Numbered from the stretch's first letter, positions 1 to 10,206 are shown. The stretch: 64,000 bases of DNA from an uncultured delta proteobacterium (GCA_963729715.1 CAVSPA010000007.1:128001-192000), one strand, 5' to 3'. Notes: generated from the sequence alone by a model not told the origin. Made by a program: numbers and translations.

Positions 1-2
1 TA

Positions 3-698
3 ATCCTGATTGCCGCTTCGTTCGCCATCAACTTCTACACACCCTGGTTCGATCTCCTGTACAAGAAGATAGGCATGGCCGTCTCCCTTGTCCCCGGCCA
101 ATCAATCAGGACGCGGATGCTCTGGAATGCATACACGTGGGTCCTTGTCAGCACGATCCTATCGGCCATCTTCATCAGGCCCAGCGGGAAGGCAGTAAAA
201 GAGACTCTCTCAAAATGGGTGAAACGCGCACCGAGACCAACCTATTCGGCAGCAATCTTTTTCGCCATCGCGTTTGTGATGAATAATTCGGGCACGCAGA
301 ATCTGGGGGCCGTCTGGAAGATTGTCGAACCTGCATCCAATATGATCTGGGTGCTGTCACAGGGTTCTGCCATGGCCTTCGGGACAATGTACCCCTTCAT
401 CAGCGGCTATCTCGGTCTTTTCGGAGGTTTTTTGAGTGGGAGCGAGGCATCGACGATTGCCATGTTCACAAAATACCATCTCCTGACTTCGAAGCTTCTT
501 AATGTTGACGCGCTGATCGTTACGGCAGTAACGGCCATAGGAGGGGGACTAGCCAGCGTCATTTCCCCGGCAAAACTGCAGAATGCGGCAGCGACCATAG
601 ATGCCCTGGGAATTGAGAGCCAGATCATCAAGACGGCTTTTGTCATATCCATTGTCATCACGCTGGCAGCATCTATCATAGCAATGCTGTTCGCCTGA
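3..698 (+). CDS. L-lactate permease family transporter, C-terminal part (5' end outside window)
   Basis: Frame is open from base 3. Hydrophobic helices with LctP-like motifs GGFLSGSEASTIAMF and GGGLASVISPAKL. Confidence 0.75.
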   Translation: MLIAASFAINFYTPWFDLLYKKIGMAVSLVPGQSIRTRMLWNAYTWVLVSTILSAIFIRPSGKAVKETLSKWVKRAPRPTYSAAIFFAIAFVMNNSGTQNLGAVWKIVEPASNMIWVLSQGSAMAFGTMYPFISGYLGLFGGFLSGSEASTIAMFTKYHLLTSKLLNVDALIVTAVTAIGGGLASVISPAKLQNAAATIDALGIESQIIKTAFVISIVITLAASIIAMLFA

Positions 699-734
699 GA
701 AGCTATTTTTATTATTTATGAAGTGGTCTGGAAA

Positions 735-1739
735 ATGCGTAGCGAGAACTTGAAAAATGGAAGCCTTAAATTATCGTGGGTGATTTTGTTCATGGTGATT
801 GTTTCTTGTGCCTCAGCAATTTCAAGTGAGGCCATCGCCCACCCCGGTGTCCCTGATGTCGGGCTAAGCACAAACCAAAGCACATGGGTATTCACTCAAC
901 CGCTCCAGTCCACTAATGTTAAATTTTGGATGCGCGTCCAGAGACAGGGAAATTTGAGCCGGTTTGGCACCTTCGACTACTATTTCAAAGTCCAGGTACT
1001 ACGTCCGGATGGAACGGATGTGTGGAATACCAGGTACGGCTTTGATGAGTGGGGATATTCGGAGCAGGAATTCAGCCTGCCCGCCCTTTTTTACGAGCGG
1101 AGCGCGAGCATATCAAACCCTTCCTTTGGCACATGGAAGATTAGAATTGCACTTGAAGAAAAAGATTCACGCAACGAAGTGTCGGCGAAAGAATATTCCT
1201 TCAATTTCGTTGATGGCAAGAACGCCTCAAATCAGCCACCGCTTGTACAGGCAGGCAAATCAGGCGACCCCTTCCCTGTTCGCCCGTTCAAGTATCAGCA
1301 CTGGGATTTGAAGGGATGGGGCGTAGGAATATACGATGAGGTAGTGACCGGCCAAGACTCCTACGACAAGCAAATCAAGGTGCGTGAATCGAGAAGAAGC
1401 TTTTCCGTGAAAGAAGTATCGAGTGCCTGGAACCAGGGACACGTATTCGGTCCATGGCTCACAGGGCCCAGCGTCTCAACGTACCGCAATAGTAATAATA
1501 ATCCGCTTTACCTCTTCGGCTATATACTTTATCGTCCAAATGGCGATGCTGACGGGAAGAACCCTCAGGCCCGGCAGAATTCATACTGCAATAACCCGGG
1601 GACTGTTGCTTTTCCTTTCGATCTGAGGCAGCCTGGCAACTGCCGCATCGAATATTTTATCCGTGATCGTGACAAGAATTATTGGGAGGAGGCATCGTGG
1701 GTTTCCATCGGCGGTATCTCGTTTGCGCTCACAGAATAA
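735..1739 (+). CDS. Secreted hypothetical protein, probably two tandem beta-sandwich domains
   Basis: N-terminal signal-like hydrophobic stretch. The two halves have parallel motifs (LRPDG/YRPNG, GTWKIRI/GNCRIEY, YSFNFVD/ISFALTE). Start is ATG 735 or GTG 723. Confidence 0.6.
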   Translation: MRSENLKNGSLKLSWVILFMVIVSCASAISSEAIAHPGVPDVGLSTNQSTWVFTQPLQSTNVKFWMRVQRQGNLSRFGTFDYYFKVQVLRPDGTDVWNTRYGFDEWGYSEQEFSLPALFYERSASISNPSFGTWKIRIALEEKDSRNEVSAKEYSFNFVDGKNASNQPPLVQAGKSGDPFPVRPFKYQHWDLKGWGVGIYDEVVTGQDSYDKQIKVRESRRSFSVKEVSSAWNQGHVFGPWLTGPSVSTYRNSNNNPLYLFGYILYRPNGDADGKNPQARQNSYCNNPGTVAFPFDLRQPGNCRIEYFIRDRDKNYWEEASWVSIGGISFALTE

Positions 1740-1829
1740 TGCAGGGCCGCCGTTCATGATAGCTATGATATTCGCCTGAGATTCTTTTTGCACAATCGTA
1801 AAATCTGACAAGAGACAGATAATTGAATC

Positions 1830-1953
1830 CGAGGAATTGCCTATAACAGCCTTGGCAACCACAATCAGGCGATAGAATATTTTAGAATAGCTTCAAGATT
1901 AGGTAGTAAAGCGTCTCAAGACTTTTTTAAGAAGGTCCGGAATTGATTGGTAG
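1830..1953 (+). pseudogene. C-terminal remnant of a TPR protein
   Basis: Translates RGIAYNSLGNHNQAIEYFRIASRLGSKASQDF (TPR consensus). Removing one T from the T6 run gives ...FLRRSGIDW*. No start codon. Confidence 0.6.
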
Positions 1954-2111
1954 CCTTCTTCCAAATGGCATTGATACCATTGTCTGAGCTGCGGCGCCCC
2001 CCTCAAATGCTCTGCCCACCCCAAAAATGTCGGTTACAACCAGTACTGCTCACTTCAATTCAAAACTGACCGTTGAGGACTTGTGAGTGACATGGAGTTT
2101 CTATAAAGAAG

Positions 2112-2828
2112 TTATTTGAAGAGCATCAGTAAACCGAGAAGCCCCATGAGGATAATCAATATGCTTCTGTAAGTCTCTTCCCTGATTCGTCCATAGAGAA
2201 ATGATCCAACCCATGTTCCAACGAGCAGGAGGGGAAGGGCTGCAAAGAAATACCAAAGAACCATGCCCGTAACGAGCCCACTTATGGCCTGGAAGATGAC
2301 TACCACAATGCCAGATATGAGAAAGAACCCTTGCAGCGTAACCTTGATCTGATCCTTGTTCCATGGCTGTAGTGACGTGTAAATGATCACGGGTGGACCG
2401 GAGGCGCTGATGGCGCCGCCCAGGCATCCCGCCATGAAGCCGAAGAGATATGCCCATACGGGCGCCGTGAAGCGGACAGCGGGTTTCAGAAGCAGGCTAT
2501 ATAAGGAGTAGGCGATAAGGACAGCGCCGACTGTCCACTGAATCAATTGTGTCTCGGTATGATTCAGAAACCACACCCCCGCCGGAGCGCCCGGTAGAGA
2601 GCCCAGACAGAGCGGGTATATCTTTTTCCAATCCCAGTGTTCGCGCAGTTGCACCAGGAGAAATATCGTCAGGGCCACTGCAAGAAGAGCGACTACCGGG
2701 ATGGCAGTCTTAATATCAAGAAAGAGCGCGAGAAGAGGCAGGGACAATAGGACCGAACCGAACCCTGAGAGTCCCTGAACGAATCCGGCGCAGAAGGCGA
2801 CGATGCCGAGATAGAGATAAATTTCCAT
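2112..2828 (-). CDS. Sulfite exporter TauE/SafE family membrane protein
   Basis: AGFVQGLSGFG and GAISASGPP motifs, about 8 TM helices. Confidence 0.85.
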   Translation of the reverse strand: MEIYLYLGIVAFCAGFVQGLSGFGSVLLSLPLLALFLDIKTAIPVVALLAVALTIFLLVQLREHWDWKKIYPLCLGSLPGAPAGVWFLNHTETQLIQWTVGAVLIAYSLYSLLLKPAVRFTAPVWAYLFGFMAGCLGGAISASGPPVIIYTSLQPWNKDQIKVTLQGFFLISGIVVVIFQAISGLVTGMVLWYFFAALPLLLVGTWVGSFLYGRIREETYRSILIILMGLLGLLMLFK

Positions 2829-3097
2829 GATTGCAGATCAAAAAATATTCTTAAAACATTCTCCTAAGATGTTCCCACCGAGAAGCGCGGCAAATATATC
2901 CACTGATTCCTCTGAATGCAAGCTTTCTCCTGCCCGTCACATCTTTCATCATCAGCAATAATCAAAACCGTAGAACTCTGATTTGGAATGTGGTAAAAAC
3001 CCTGTAACAAGTGATTTTGTTCTTTAATCTCTGCAGGAGTTTTATTTCAGCGGAGAAGAACTCTTCTTCATTCAGATAGAATCATGGAGACGACGAA

Positions 3098-4399
3098 ATG
3101 CAAGTTCCCGCACATCACGGCCGGAAGGTCGTCCTTGTTGACGGATGCCGCATCCCATTCCTTCGCGCCGGGACAGGCTACAGAGACCTCATGTCCTACG
3201 ACCTGGGAAGACTCGCCATCGCGGCCCTTGTTAAACGAACTCACGTCGAACCCGAAAAAATCGATCGCGTCATCATGGGAGCGGTCATCGCCAATCTCGC
3301 AACGACCAATGTCGCACGCGAGGCGGCACTCGGCGCCGGCCTGCCTGTGAGCATTCCCGCATTTACCGTCACCATGGCTTGCATATCCGCCAATCTGGCG
3401 ATAACAACCGGTGTAGACCTGATTCAGACGGGCCAGGCAGATATAGTCATCACCGGAGGAACGGAAAGCCTGTCCGATATTCCCATCTGTTACCGGAGGC
3501 CTATGAGAAAGAAACTCCTTGAGACCCAGAAATACAAGGGTCTCAAGGATTATCTGGAATTTCCAAAAGGCATAAGTATCAAAGACCTGCTGCCGGAGAT
3601 CCCGGCCATTGCCGAATTCTCCACGGGGCGAACGATGGGAGAAGATTGTGACCGTCTGGCCGCGCGCCTCTCTGTGACGAGGGAAGAGCAGGACAGTTAC
3701 GCTGTCCGCTCCCATCTAGCTGCTGCACGCGCCACCGCGGAGGGCATCTTGGAGGGCGAAGTAGAAACCGTGCTTGTGCCCCCTGATTTTCGGCCCGTAG
3801 ATAAAGACAACGGCTTCCGGGCTGACACGTCATTAGAAAAGATGGGCAGCCTGAAGCCGGCCTTCGTAAAAAAGTACGGGACGGTGACGGCGGGAAATGC
3901 TTCTTTTCTTACCGACGGGGCTGCTGTCTGCCTACTCATGGCTGAGGAAGTCGCCGCGGCGCTCGGCTATATGCCCAAGGCGAAAGTACGCGCCTATGCC
4001 TACACGGCGCAGGATCCTTTTGAGGAACTTCTCTTGGGGCCCGCTTATGCGACGCCAAAATGCCTCGCAATGGCAGGTCTCCGGCTTCAGGACATAGACG
4101 TCTTCGAATTTCATGAGGCATTCGCGGGACAGATCCTAGCGAATTTGAAATGTCTTGTATCAGATGAATTTGCCCGAGAGAAACTCGGCCGATCCGAAAG
4201 AGTAGGAGAAGTCCCTCTCGAAAAATTCAACACGCTCGGTGGTTCACTTTCCCTGGGGCATCCCTTCGGAGCTACGGGGGCAAGGCTAATCACAACGGCG
4301 GCCAATCGCCTCATTCGAGAAGATGGTACCTTCGCACTTGTCGCCTCCTGCGCCGCAGGAGCCACGGGTAACGCAATTATCCTGGAACGAAAGAATTAA
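3098..4399 (+). CDS. fadI: 3-ketoacyl-CoA thiolase, FadI/trifunctional-enzyme beta type
   Basis: MACISAN (catalytic Cys), HEAFAGQ, GGSLSLGHPFGATG, CAAG. Adjacent to fadJ. Confidence 0.9.
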   Translation: MQVPAHHGRKVVLVDGCRIPFLRAGTGYRDLMSYDLGRLAIAALVKRTHVEPEKIDRVIMGAVIANLATTNVAREAALGAGLPVSIPAFTVTMACISANLAITTGVDLIQTGQADIVITGGTESLSDIPICYRRPMRKKLLETQKYKGLKDYLEFPKGISIKDLLPEIPAIAEFSTGRTMGEDCDRLAARLSVTREEQDSYAVRSHLAAARATAEGILEGEVETVLVPPDFRPVDKDNGFRADTSLEKMGSLKPAFVKKYGTVTAGNASFLTDGAAVCLLMAEEVAAALGYMPKAKVRAYAYTAQDPFEELLLGPAYATPKCLAMAGLRLQDIDVFEFHEAFAGQILANLKCLVSDEFAREKLGRSERVGEVPLEKFNTLGGSLSLGHPFGATGARLITTAANRLIREDGTFALVASCAAGATGNAIILERKN

Positions 4400-4411
4400 A
4401 AATATGCGGAG

Positions 4412-6538
4412 ATGGCAATGTCCTACGCAGAGATTGAGAAAGTAAACGGCGTGGCAATCGTCTGGATGGATCAGCCGGGCGAGAAGGTCAATAAGATCTC
4501 CGTCGACCTCGTGGATGAATTCAAGACAATGCTTGACAGCCTCGAAGGCGACAAAGCTGTCAGAGCGATCGTGCTTATCAGCCGAAAACCGGATAACTTT
4601 ATCGCCGGCGCGGATATCGAGAAATTCAAGGACATGACAAGTGCGCGAGACGCGGAGATGCTCAGCCGCCAGGCACACGCGCTCCTAAACCGGCTGGCGG
4701 CTTTTCCTAAACCCATTGTGGCCGCTATCCACGGGGCGACTCTGGGGGGTGGTCTGGAGGTGGCGCTGGCCTGTCATTACCGCATCGCCGATGACGATCC
4801 CAAAACCATACTTGCCCTCCCGGAAGTCAAGTTGGGTCTCCTCCCCGGAGGCGGCGGCACACAGCGGCTTCCCCGTATCGTTGGACTGCAGGCCGCTCTC
4901 GACATGATGCTCACGGGAAAAAATATCTATCCCCGCCAGGCAAAGAACATGGGGCTCGTGGATGATCTTATCCATCCTTATGGACTTCTTGAAGCGGCGA
5001 AAAAGGCCGCCCTTAAACTGGCCGATCAACCTCTTTCGCGCAAAAAGAAGCAGCCCCTTTTCGCGGAACTGTTGGAGAGCACCTCCCTCACCCGCAACAT
5101 AGTCTACAAGAAGGCAGTGGAACTCGTGCAGAAACAGACATGGGGAAATTATCCGGCGCCCGTGAAGATCATTGAGTGTGTAAAAGCCGGAATGGAAAAA
5201 GGTCTGTCGGCAGGCATGGAGGCGGAAACAGAAAAATTCGGCGAACTCGTTGTGAGTCCGCAGTCCCGTGAACTGATACAGATATTTCTCAGCATGACGG
5301 CCATGAAAAAAAATCCTCTCAAAGAAATGGTGCGTCCTGTCAGGAAGATCGGCATTCTGGGTGCGGGACTCATGGGAGCAGGGATCGCCAATGTCAGCGC
5401 CACAAGCGGCATGGTGGTTCTTCTCAAGGACGTAAGCTTCGATGCCCTTGGGCAGGGAGAGAAAGCGATCTGGCAGGACCTCGAAGGAAAGGTGAAAAAG
5501 AAGGCCCTGTCGCCATTTCAGCGGGATGTGACATTCAGCCGGATTGCAGGGACGACTGACTACCGGGGTTTCGAGAAGGCCGACTTGATCATTGAGGCCG
5601 TATTCGAAGATATGGAACTCAAGAAAAAAATACTCGCAGAGGCCGAGGCATATTTGAAGGAAGATGCCGTCTTTGCCAGCAACACATCATCGCTTCCCAT
5701 CTCGGGCATCGCTGCGGCGGCAAGACGCCCGGAACGGGTCATCGGGATGCATTACTTCTCGCCTGTTCCGAGGATGCCGCTTCTCGAAATCATCGTGACG
5801 GGAAAAACGGCGGACTGGGTAAAGGCAACGGCGCACAATGTCGGCATCAGACAAGGCAAGACGGTCATCATGGTCAACGATGGTCCCGGCTTTTATACGA
5901 CACGTATCCTCGCGCCTTTATTGAACGAGGCATTGGAAGTTCTTAACGAAGGGGGAGACGTCAAAGAAATCGATAAGGCCATGCGCCAATTCGGCTATCC
6001 GGTGGGACCCATCGCGCTTCTCGACGAGGTCGGGATCGATGTGGGAGCCCATGTCTCAAAGGTCCTGGGCTCGCTTTTCGCTCTCCGGGGCGCTCAGCCG
6101 AATACAGTCATGGAAAGGCTATTCCAGGCCGGTTATAAGGGCCGGAAAAATAACCGCGGCTTCTATCTCTACGGCGATCGATCAGGAAAAGTGAAGAAGA
6201 GCGTTAACGAAGAGATCTATAAGTTCTTCGACGGAACCAAGCGAAAGAAGTTTGATAATCAGGAAATCCAGAACCGGCTCTCCCTTGCCATGATAAATGA
6301 AGCAGCCCTCTGCCTCCAGGAAGGCATTCTGCAATCACCGCGGGACGGCGATATCGGCGCCGTTTTCGGCCTGGGCTTTCCTCCTTTTCTCGGGGGACCT
6401 TTCCGCTACATAGACAGCCTGGGTCTCACTAAAATTCTTTCCCTTATGGAAGAACTGGAAAAGCAGCACGGGCCGCGCTTTACACCGGCCCCGATTCTCC
6501 GTGACCGCAACGCGAAGAATCAGAGGTTCTATGCATAG
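4412..6538 (+). CDS. fadJ: Fatty acid oxidation complex alpha subunit (enoyl-CoA hydratase/3-hydroxyacyl-CoA dehydrogenase)
   Basis: FIAGADI, GGGLE, LPEVKLGLLPGGGGTQRLPR, GAGLMGAGIA, SNTSSLPI, GMHYFSPV. Confidence 0.92.
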   Translation: MAMSYAEIEKVNGVAIVWMDQPGEKVNKISVDLVDEFKTMLDSLEGDKAVRAIVLISRKPDNFIAGADIEKFKDMTSARDAEMLSRQAHALLNRLAAFPKPIVAAIHGATLGGGLEVALACHYRIADDDPKTILALPEVKLGLLPGGGGTQRLPRIVGLQAALDMMLTGKNIYPRQAKNMGLVDDLIHPYGLLEAAKKAALKLADQPLSRKKKQPLFAELLESTSLTRNIVYKKAVELVQKQTWGNYPAPVKIIECVKAGMEKGLSAGMEAETEKFGELVVSPQSRELIQIFLSMTAMKKNPLKEMVRPVRKIGILGAGLMGAGIANVSATSGMVVLLKDVSFDALGQGEKAIWQDLEGKVKKKALSPFQRDVTFSRIAGTTDYRGFEKADLIIEAVFEDMELKKKILAEAEAYLKEDAVFASNTSSLPISGIAAAARRPERVIGMHYFSPVPRMPLLEIIVTGKTADWVKATAHNVGIRQGKTVIMVNDGPGFYTTRILAPLLNEALEVLNEGGDVKEIDKAMRQFGYPVGPIALLDEVGIDVGAHVSKVLGSLFALRGAQPNTVMERLFQAGYKGRKNNRGFYLYGDRSGKVKKSVNEEIYKFFDGTKRKKFDNQEIQNRLSLAMINEAALCLQEGILQSPRDGDIGAVFGLGFPPFLGGPFRYIDSLGLTKILSLMEELEKQHGPRFTPAPILRDRNAKNQRFYA

Positions 6539-6583
6539 CGCCTTCAGGTGCGCTATTTAAGCAGGACTGAAGTCCTGCACTAC
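6535..6583. repeat. GTAG-type REP-like palindrome with a degenerate inverted partner hairpin
   Basis: Minus strand 6583-6561 reads GTAG-TGCAGGACTTCAGTCCTGC. A second hairpin ATAGCGC...GCGCTAT lies at 6535-6556. Confidence 0.5.
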
Positions 6584-6609
6584 ATAAAAATATGAAAGGT
6601 CTTATGACA

Positions 6610-6727
6610 TTGAAGCTTTCCGCAGTGAACTGCGGAGAATCTCCGATCCTAAAGGAATAATAATGTTTCCCATTCGCTCCCTTACCCCGCAGCAAGCTGC
6701 GGGGAATGCGCTCGCTGCCGGATTCAA
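6610..6727 (+). mobile_element. Miniature (MITE-like) element, long two-hairpin form, 118 bp
   Basis: Bounded by TTGAA...TTCAA with two CCGCAG-N-CTGCGG hairpins. Ends match copies at 17779, 22787 and 52133. Confidence 0.7.
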
Positions 6728-8516
6728 AAATTTTAATCAGGTTCTGCTCAACAGTTTTTCGCGGTATGAGAAGGACCCGGCGTCGATGTTCAAATCCGCC
6801 GGTAGCTACAAGACAATAGACTACGGTGAACTGCAGGATATCTGTTTCCGCGTCGCTTCCGCCTTGATGAAGAGAGGTCTTCGGCACGGCGACAGGATAG
6901 CCATCTTTTCACGGAACCGCATGGAATGGGCCGAGGCCGATGCGGGCGCGCTCTTGGCAGGCGCCATCAACTCTGCCATTTACTCCTCCTCCCTTCCCGA
7001 GGAGGCTGCCTTTATCATTCAAGACCTGGAGGCCTCCTTTCTTTTTGTAGAGGATGATGCGCAGCTCCAAAAAATCCTTGCCGTGAGAAAAGACATCCCG
7101 AGCGTCAAAGGCGTCTTCGTCTTCTCCGAACCGTTTGCCGCGAGCGATTCCTCGTGGGTCTTTCCCTTTTCGGTTCTCCTGCAGGAGGACGCTTCACCTA
7201 AGGCAGTTCGCAGAATTCATGAACTCACCGAAAAAATCAACGGTGAGGACGGCATGTGCATCATCTACACGAGCGGGACGACGGGCAACCCGAAAGGCGT
7301 CGTCCTCACACATAATAATTATGTCAGAACACTGGAAATGCTGATTGAACACGTAGGAGATATAAGCAAGCTTAAACGGAACATCAGTTTCCTCCCCCTG
7401 GCCCACGCGATGGAGCGTTTCGGCGGATATTACCTGATCCTCTATACGGGAGGCTGTATCTGCTACGCGGAGGGCCTCGACACCGTCGTAGAAAATTTCC
7501 GGGAGGTAAAACCAAATTACTTCATCGCTGTCCCCCGCGTCTTTGAGAAGATTCATGCCAGAATCATGCAAGGCGTGCGCTCGGCTTCTCCCATAAGAAG
7601 AGCGATCTTCTCTTGGGCTCTCAGTGTGGGAAAGAAAGCGGGGCATCTCAGGATGCTCGGAGAGCCACTTCCGTGGCACGTAAATATTATTCATCGCCTT
7701 GCCGATGCACTCCTCTTTAAAAAAGTGAAGGGCATCTTCGGAGGCGAACTGATTTTCTCCGTATCCGGCGGAGCACCGCTCAGCAAAGAGGTGGCAGAGT
7801 TCTTCGCTGCGATGGATATCCTGATCCTCGAAGGATGGGGTGCCACGGAAGCGACGACCCCTTCCACTCTTAACAGTCCCCATGACTACCGCTTCGGCAC
7901 GGTGGGAAAGCCCCTACCACGAGTCGAGGTGCGTGTTGCCGAAGACGGCGAGCTGGAAGTGAAGGGTCCCAATATCTTCAAGGAATACTGGCGGAACACG
8001 GAGGAAACAAATGCCACCTTCACACCCGATGGATTTTACCGGACAGGCGACATCGGAGAAATAAATAAAGAGGGGCGCGTAATCATTACAGATCGAAAGA
8101 AGGAACTCATCATCACGTCAGGTGGAAAGAATATCGCATCGGCTCCCATCGTGAATCTGCTCTCAAGCGGCAGGTATATCGAGATGGCCTATGTCCACGG
8201 CGACCGCCGGAATTACCTGACGGCGCTTCTTGTACTGGATCAAAATGCTGTGCAAGCGATGGCCGAATATAAAGGATTCAAAGACGACCTGGCTTGGCCG
8301 GAATTGGTTAAGCATCCCCAGGTCGTCGAAAGAATTCAAAAAGAGGTGGACGCGGCGAACGAACAGCTCCCCCGATACATGCAGATCAAGTATTACCGCA
8401 TACTCCCCGCGCCTTTCTCCATCGAAGGCAGTGAAATGACCCCAACCATGAAATTGAAAAAAAGGGTCATCGAAGAAAAATATAGAGACATTCTTGATAG
8501 CATGTATCGGGAATAA
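6663..8516 (+). CDS. Long-chain fatty acid--CoA ligase (AMP-binding)
   Basis: IIYTSGTTGNPKG, GWGATE, YRTGDIG, ITDRKKELI, TPTMKLKK. The first ~20 codons come from the inserted element. Confidence 0.92.
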   Translation: MFPIRSLTPQQAAGNALAAGFKNFNQVLLNSFSRYEKDPASMFKSAGSYKTIDYGELQDICFRVASALMKRGLRHGDRIAIFSRNRMEWAEADAGALLAGAINSAIYSSSLPEEAAFIIQDLEASFLFVEDDAQLQKILAVRKDIPSVKGVFVFSEPFAASDSSWVFPFSVLLQEDASPKAVRRIHELTEKINGEDGMCIIYTSGTTGNPKGVVLTHNNYVRTLEMLIEHVGDISKLKRNISFLPLAHAMERFGGYYLILYTGGCICYAEGLDTVVENFREVKPNYFIAVPRVFEKIHARIMQGVRSASPIRRAIFSWALSVGKKAGHLRMLGEPLPWHVNIIHRLADALLFKKVKGIFGGELIFSVSGGAPLSKEVAEFFAAMDILILEGWGATEATTPSTLNSPHDYRFGTVGKPLPRVEVRVAEDGELEVKGPNIFKEYWRNTEETNATFTPDGFYRTGDIGEINKEGRVIITDRKKELIITSGGKNIASAPIVNLLSSGRYIEMAYVHGDRRNYLTALLVLDQNAVQAMAEYKGFKDDLAWPELVKHPQVVERIQKEVDAANEQLPRYMQIKYYRILPAPFSIEGSEMTPTMKLKKRVIEEKYRDILDSMYRE

Positions 8517-8556
8517 TGAAAGTCTGAGACGGCAGGGAAATAAAAAAGGAGTGTTT

Positions 8557-10131
8557 ATGAAATCGCTATATTTCACGGCGGATCATGAAATATTCAGGCG
8601 TATGGTGCGGCAATTCGTTGAAAAAGAAGTCACCCCACACGCGGAGGAATGGGAGAAGAATCGAGCCATTCCCCGCGCCATCTGGAACAGGATGGGGGAA
8701 CTGGGTTTTTTCGGCATCAATTACCCAGAAAAATATGGCGGAACGGCGACAGACTTTTTTTATTCCGTTGTCCTCCTCGAAGAACTGCCCCGCTCCACCA
8801 TGGGTGGCTTCGCTGCCGCCGTAAGCGTTCATGCCTATATGGCGGCGGAATATGTACACCGCTTCGGAAGCGAAGAGTTGAAAGAGAATTATCTCGTCCC
8901 CGCGATTTCAGGAAAAAAGATCGGCGCCCTGGCCATCACGGAACCGAACACGGGCTCGGACGTGGCGGCCATCAGGACCAAAGCCGTGAGACAAGGTGAC
9001 GATTACATCATTAACGGATCAAAGACCTTCATCACTAATGGCGTATTCGGAAATTTCGTCTTGGTAGCAGCAAAAACAGACGCTGAAGCCGGCGTGGGCG
9101 GAATCAGTCTGATTCTCGTGGATCGTGATACACCGGGATTTTCCGCACGGCAACTACACAAGATCGGCTGGCACTGTTCCGATACGGGGGAGCTCACCTT
9201 CGAAGATGTCCGCGTACCAGTCACAAACCTGATAGGCGAAGAAAACAGGGCGTTCTATTACATCATGGAATGCTTTCAACTGGAGCGCTTGGTCGGAGCC
9301 ATCGGCTCTATCAGCGGCGCCTTTCTCGGCCTGGAATCGACCCTCGCATATATCAAAGAGAGACAGGCCTTCAATAGACCCCTGGCGAAGTTTCAGGCGA
9401 TACGGCACACGCTGGCGGACTTGCAGACGGAGCTGGAAGCGGCCCGGCAGCTCACTTATTACACGGCATGGCTTCACAGTCAGGGCGAGACTGCTGCCCA
9501 TTTCTCGTCCATGGCCAAATTGCTCACGAGCGAGCTTGCCAAGAAAACCGCTGACGTGTGTCTCCAGTTCTTCGGTGGCTATGGCTATATGGACGAATAC
9601 CCCATCTCCAGGATGTACCGCGATGCAAGGGTAGGAACGATCGTTGGCGGCACCTCCGAGATCATGAGGGAGATCATCGCCCGTATCATGATCGATCAGG
9701 TGGGTTACCAGCCTGTTTCCGAAAGACTGGAAAAGGAGCAGAAAACAAATACTAAGCAAGCTACGCCCACATCGGTGAAAGAAGAAAGGGTCGTCCCCTT
9801 GCCAAAGACGGCGGCGGAAATCCTTCAAACCTTGCCTGAACGATTTATGCCCGAAACTGCCGGTGACTGGGAAACGGTATTTCATTTTGACATCTCCGGA
9901 ACCGAAGGCGGGCAGTTTACGGTAAACATCGCGAAAGGCAAATGCAGCGTCGAGGCCGGATTCAAGGGTGAGGCAAAATGTACCGTAAATGTTGCGGACA
10001 AGACCTACTGCGATATTGAATTGGGTAAGATGAAACCGGAATGGGCCTTCATGACGGGAGAGATCCGGATGTCCGATATGGCGGAGATTATGCGATTCAC
10101 TAAAATGTTTCGGAGACTTCCGAAGGGGTGA
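8557..10131 (+). CDS. Acyl-CoA dehydrogenase fused to a C-terminal SCP2 (sterol carrier) domain
   Basis: ALAITEPNTGSDV, NGSKTFITNG, QFFGGYGY, RDARVGTIVGGTSEIMR. C-terminal FDISGTEGGQF...AFMTGEIR is SCP2-like. RBS AAGGAG before ATG 8557. Confidence 0.88.
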   Translation: MKSLYFTADHEIFRRMVRQFVEKEVTPHAEEWEKNRAIPRAIWNRMGELGFFGINYPEKYGGTATDFFYSVVLLEELPRSTMGGFAAAVSVHAYMAAEYVHRFGSEELKENYLVPAISGKKIGALAITEPNTGSDVAAIRTKAVRQGDDYIINGSKTFITNGVFGNFVLVAAKTDAEAGVGGISLILVDRDTPGFSARQLHKIGWHCSDTGELTFEDVRVPVTNLIGEENRAFYYIMECFQLERLVGAIGSISGAFLGLESTLAYIKERQAFNRPLAKFQAIRHTLADLQTELEAARQLTYYTAWLHSQGETAAHFSSMAKLLTSELAKKTADVCLQFFGGYGYMDEYPISRMYRDARVGTIVGGTSEIMREIIARIMIDQVGYQPVSERLEKEQKTNTKQATPTSVKEERVVPLPKTAAEILQTLPERFMPETAGDWETVFHFDISGTEGGQFTVNIAKGKCSVEAGFKGEAKCTVNVADKTYCDIELGKMKPEWAFMTGEIRMSDMAEIMRFTKMFRRLPKG

Positions 10132-10206
10132 GGCAATAGCGGGCTTAAATGACAAATGGTCTTGCTGCGAGTAGAGACCGAACTTGATGTGGGGTGAAAT
10201 GTCAAG

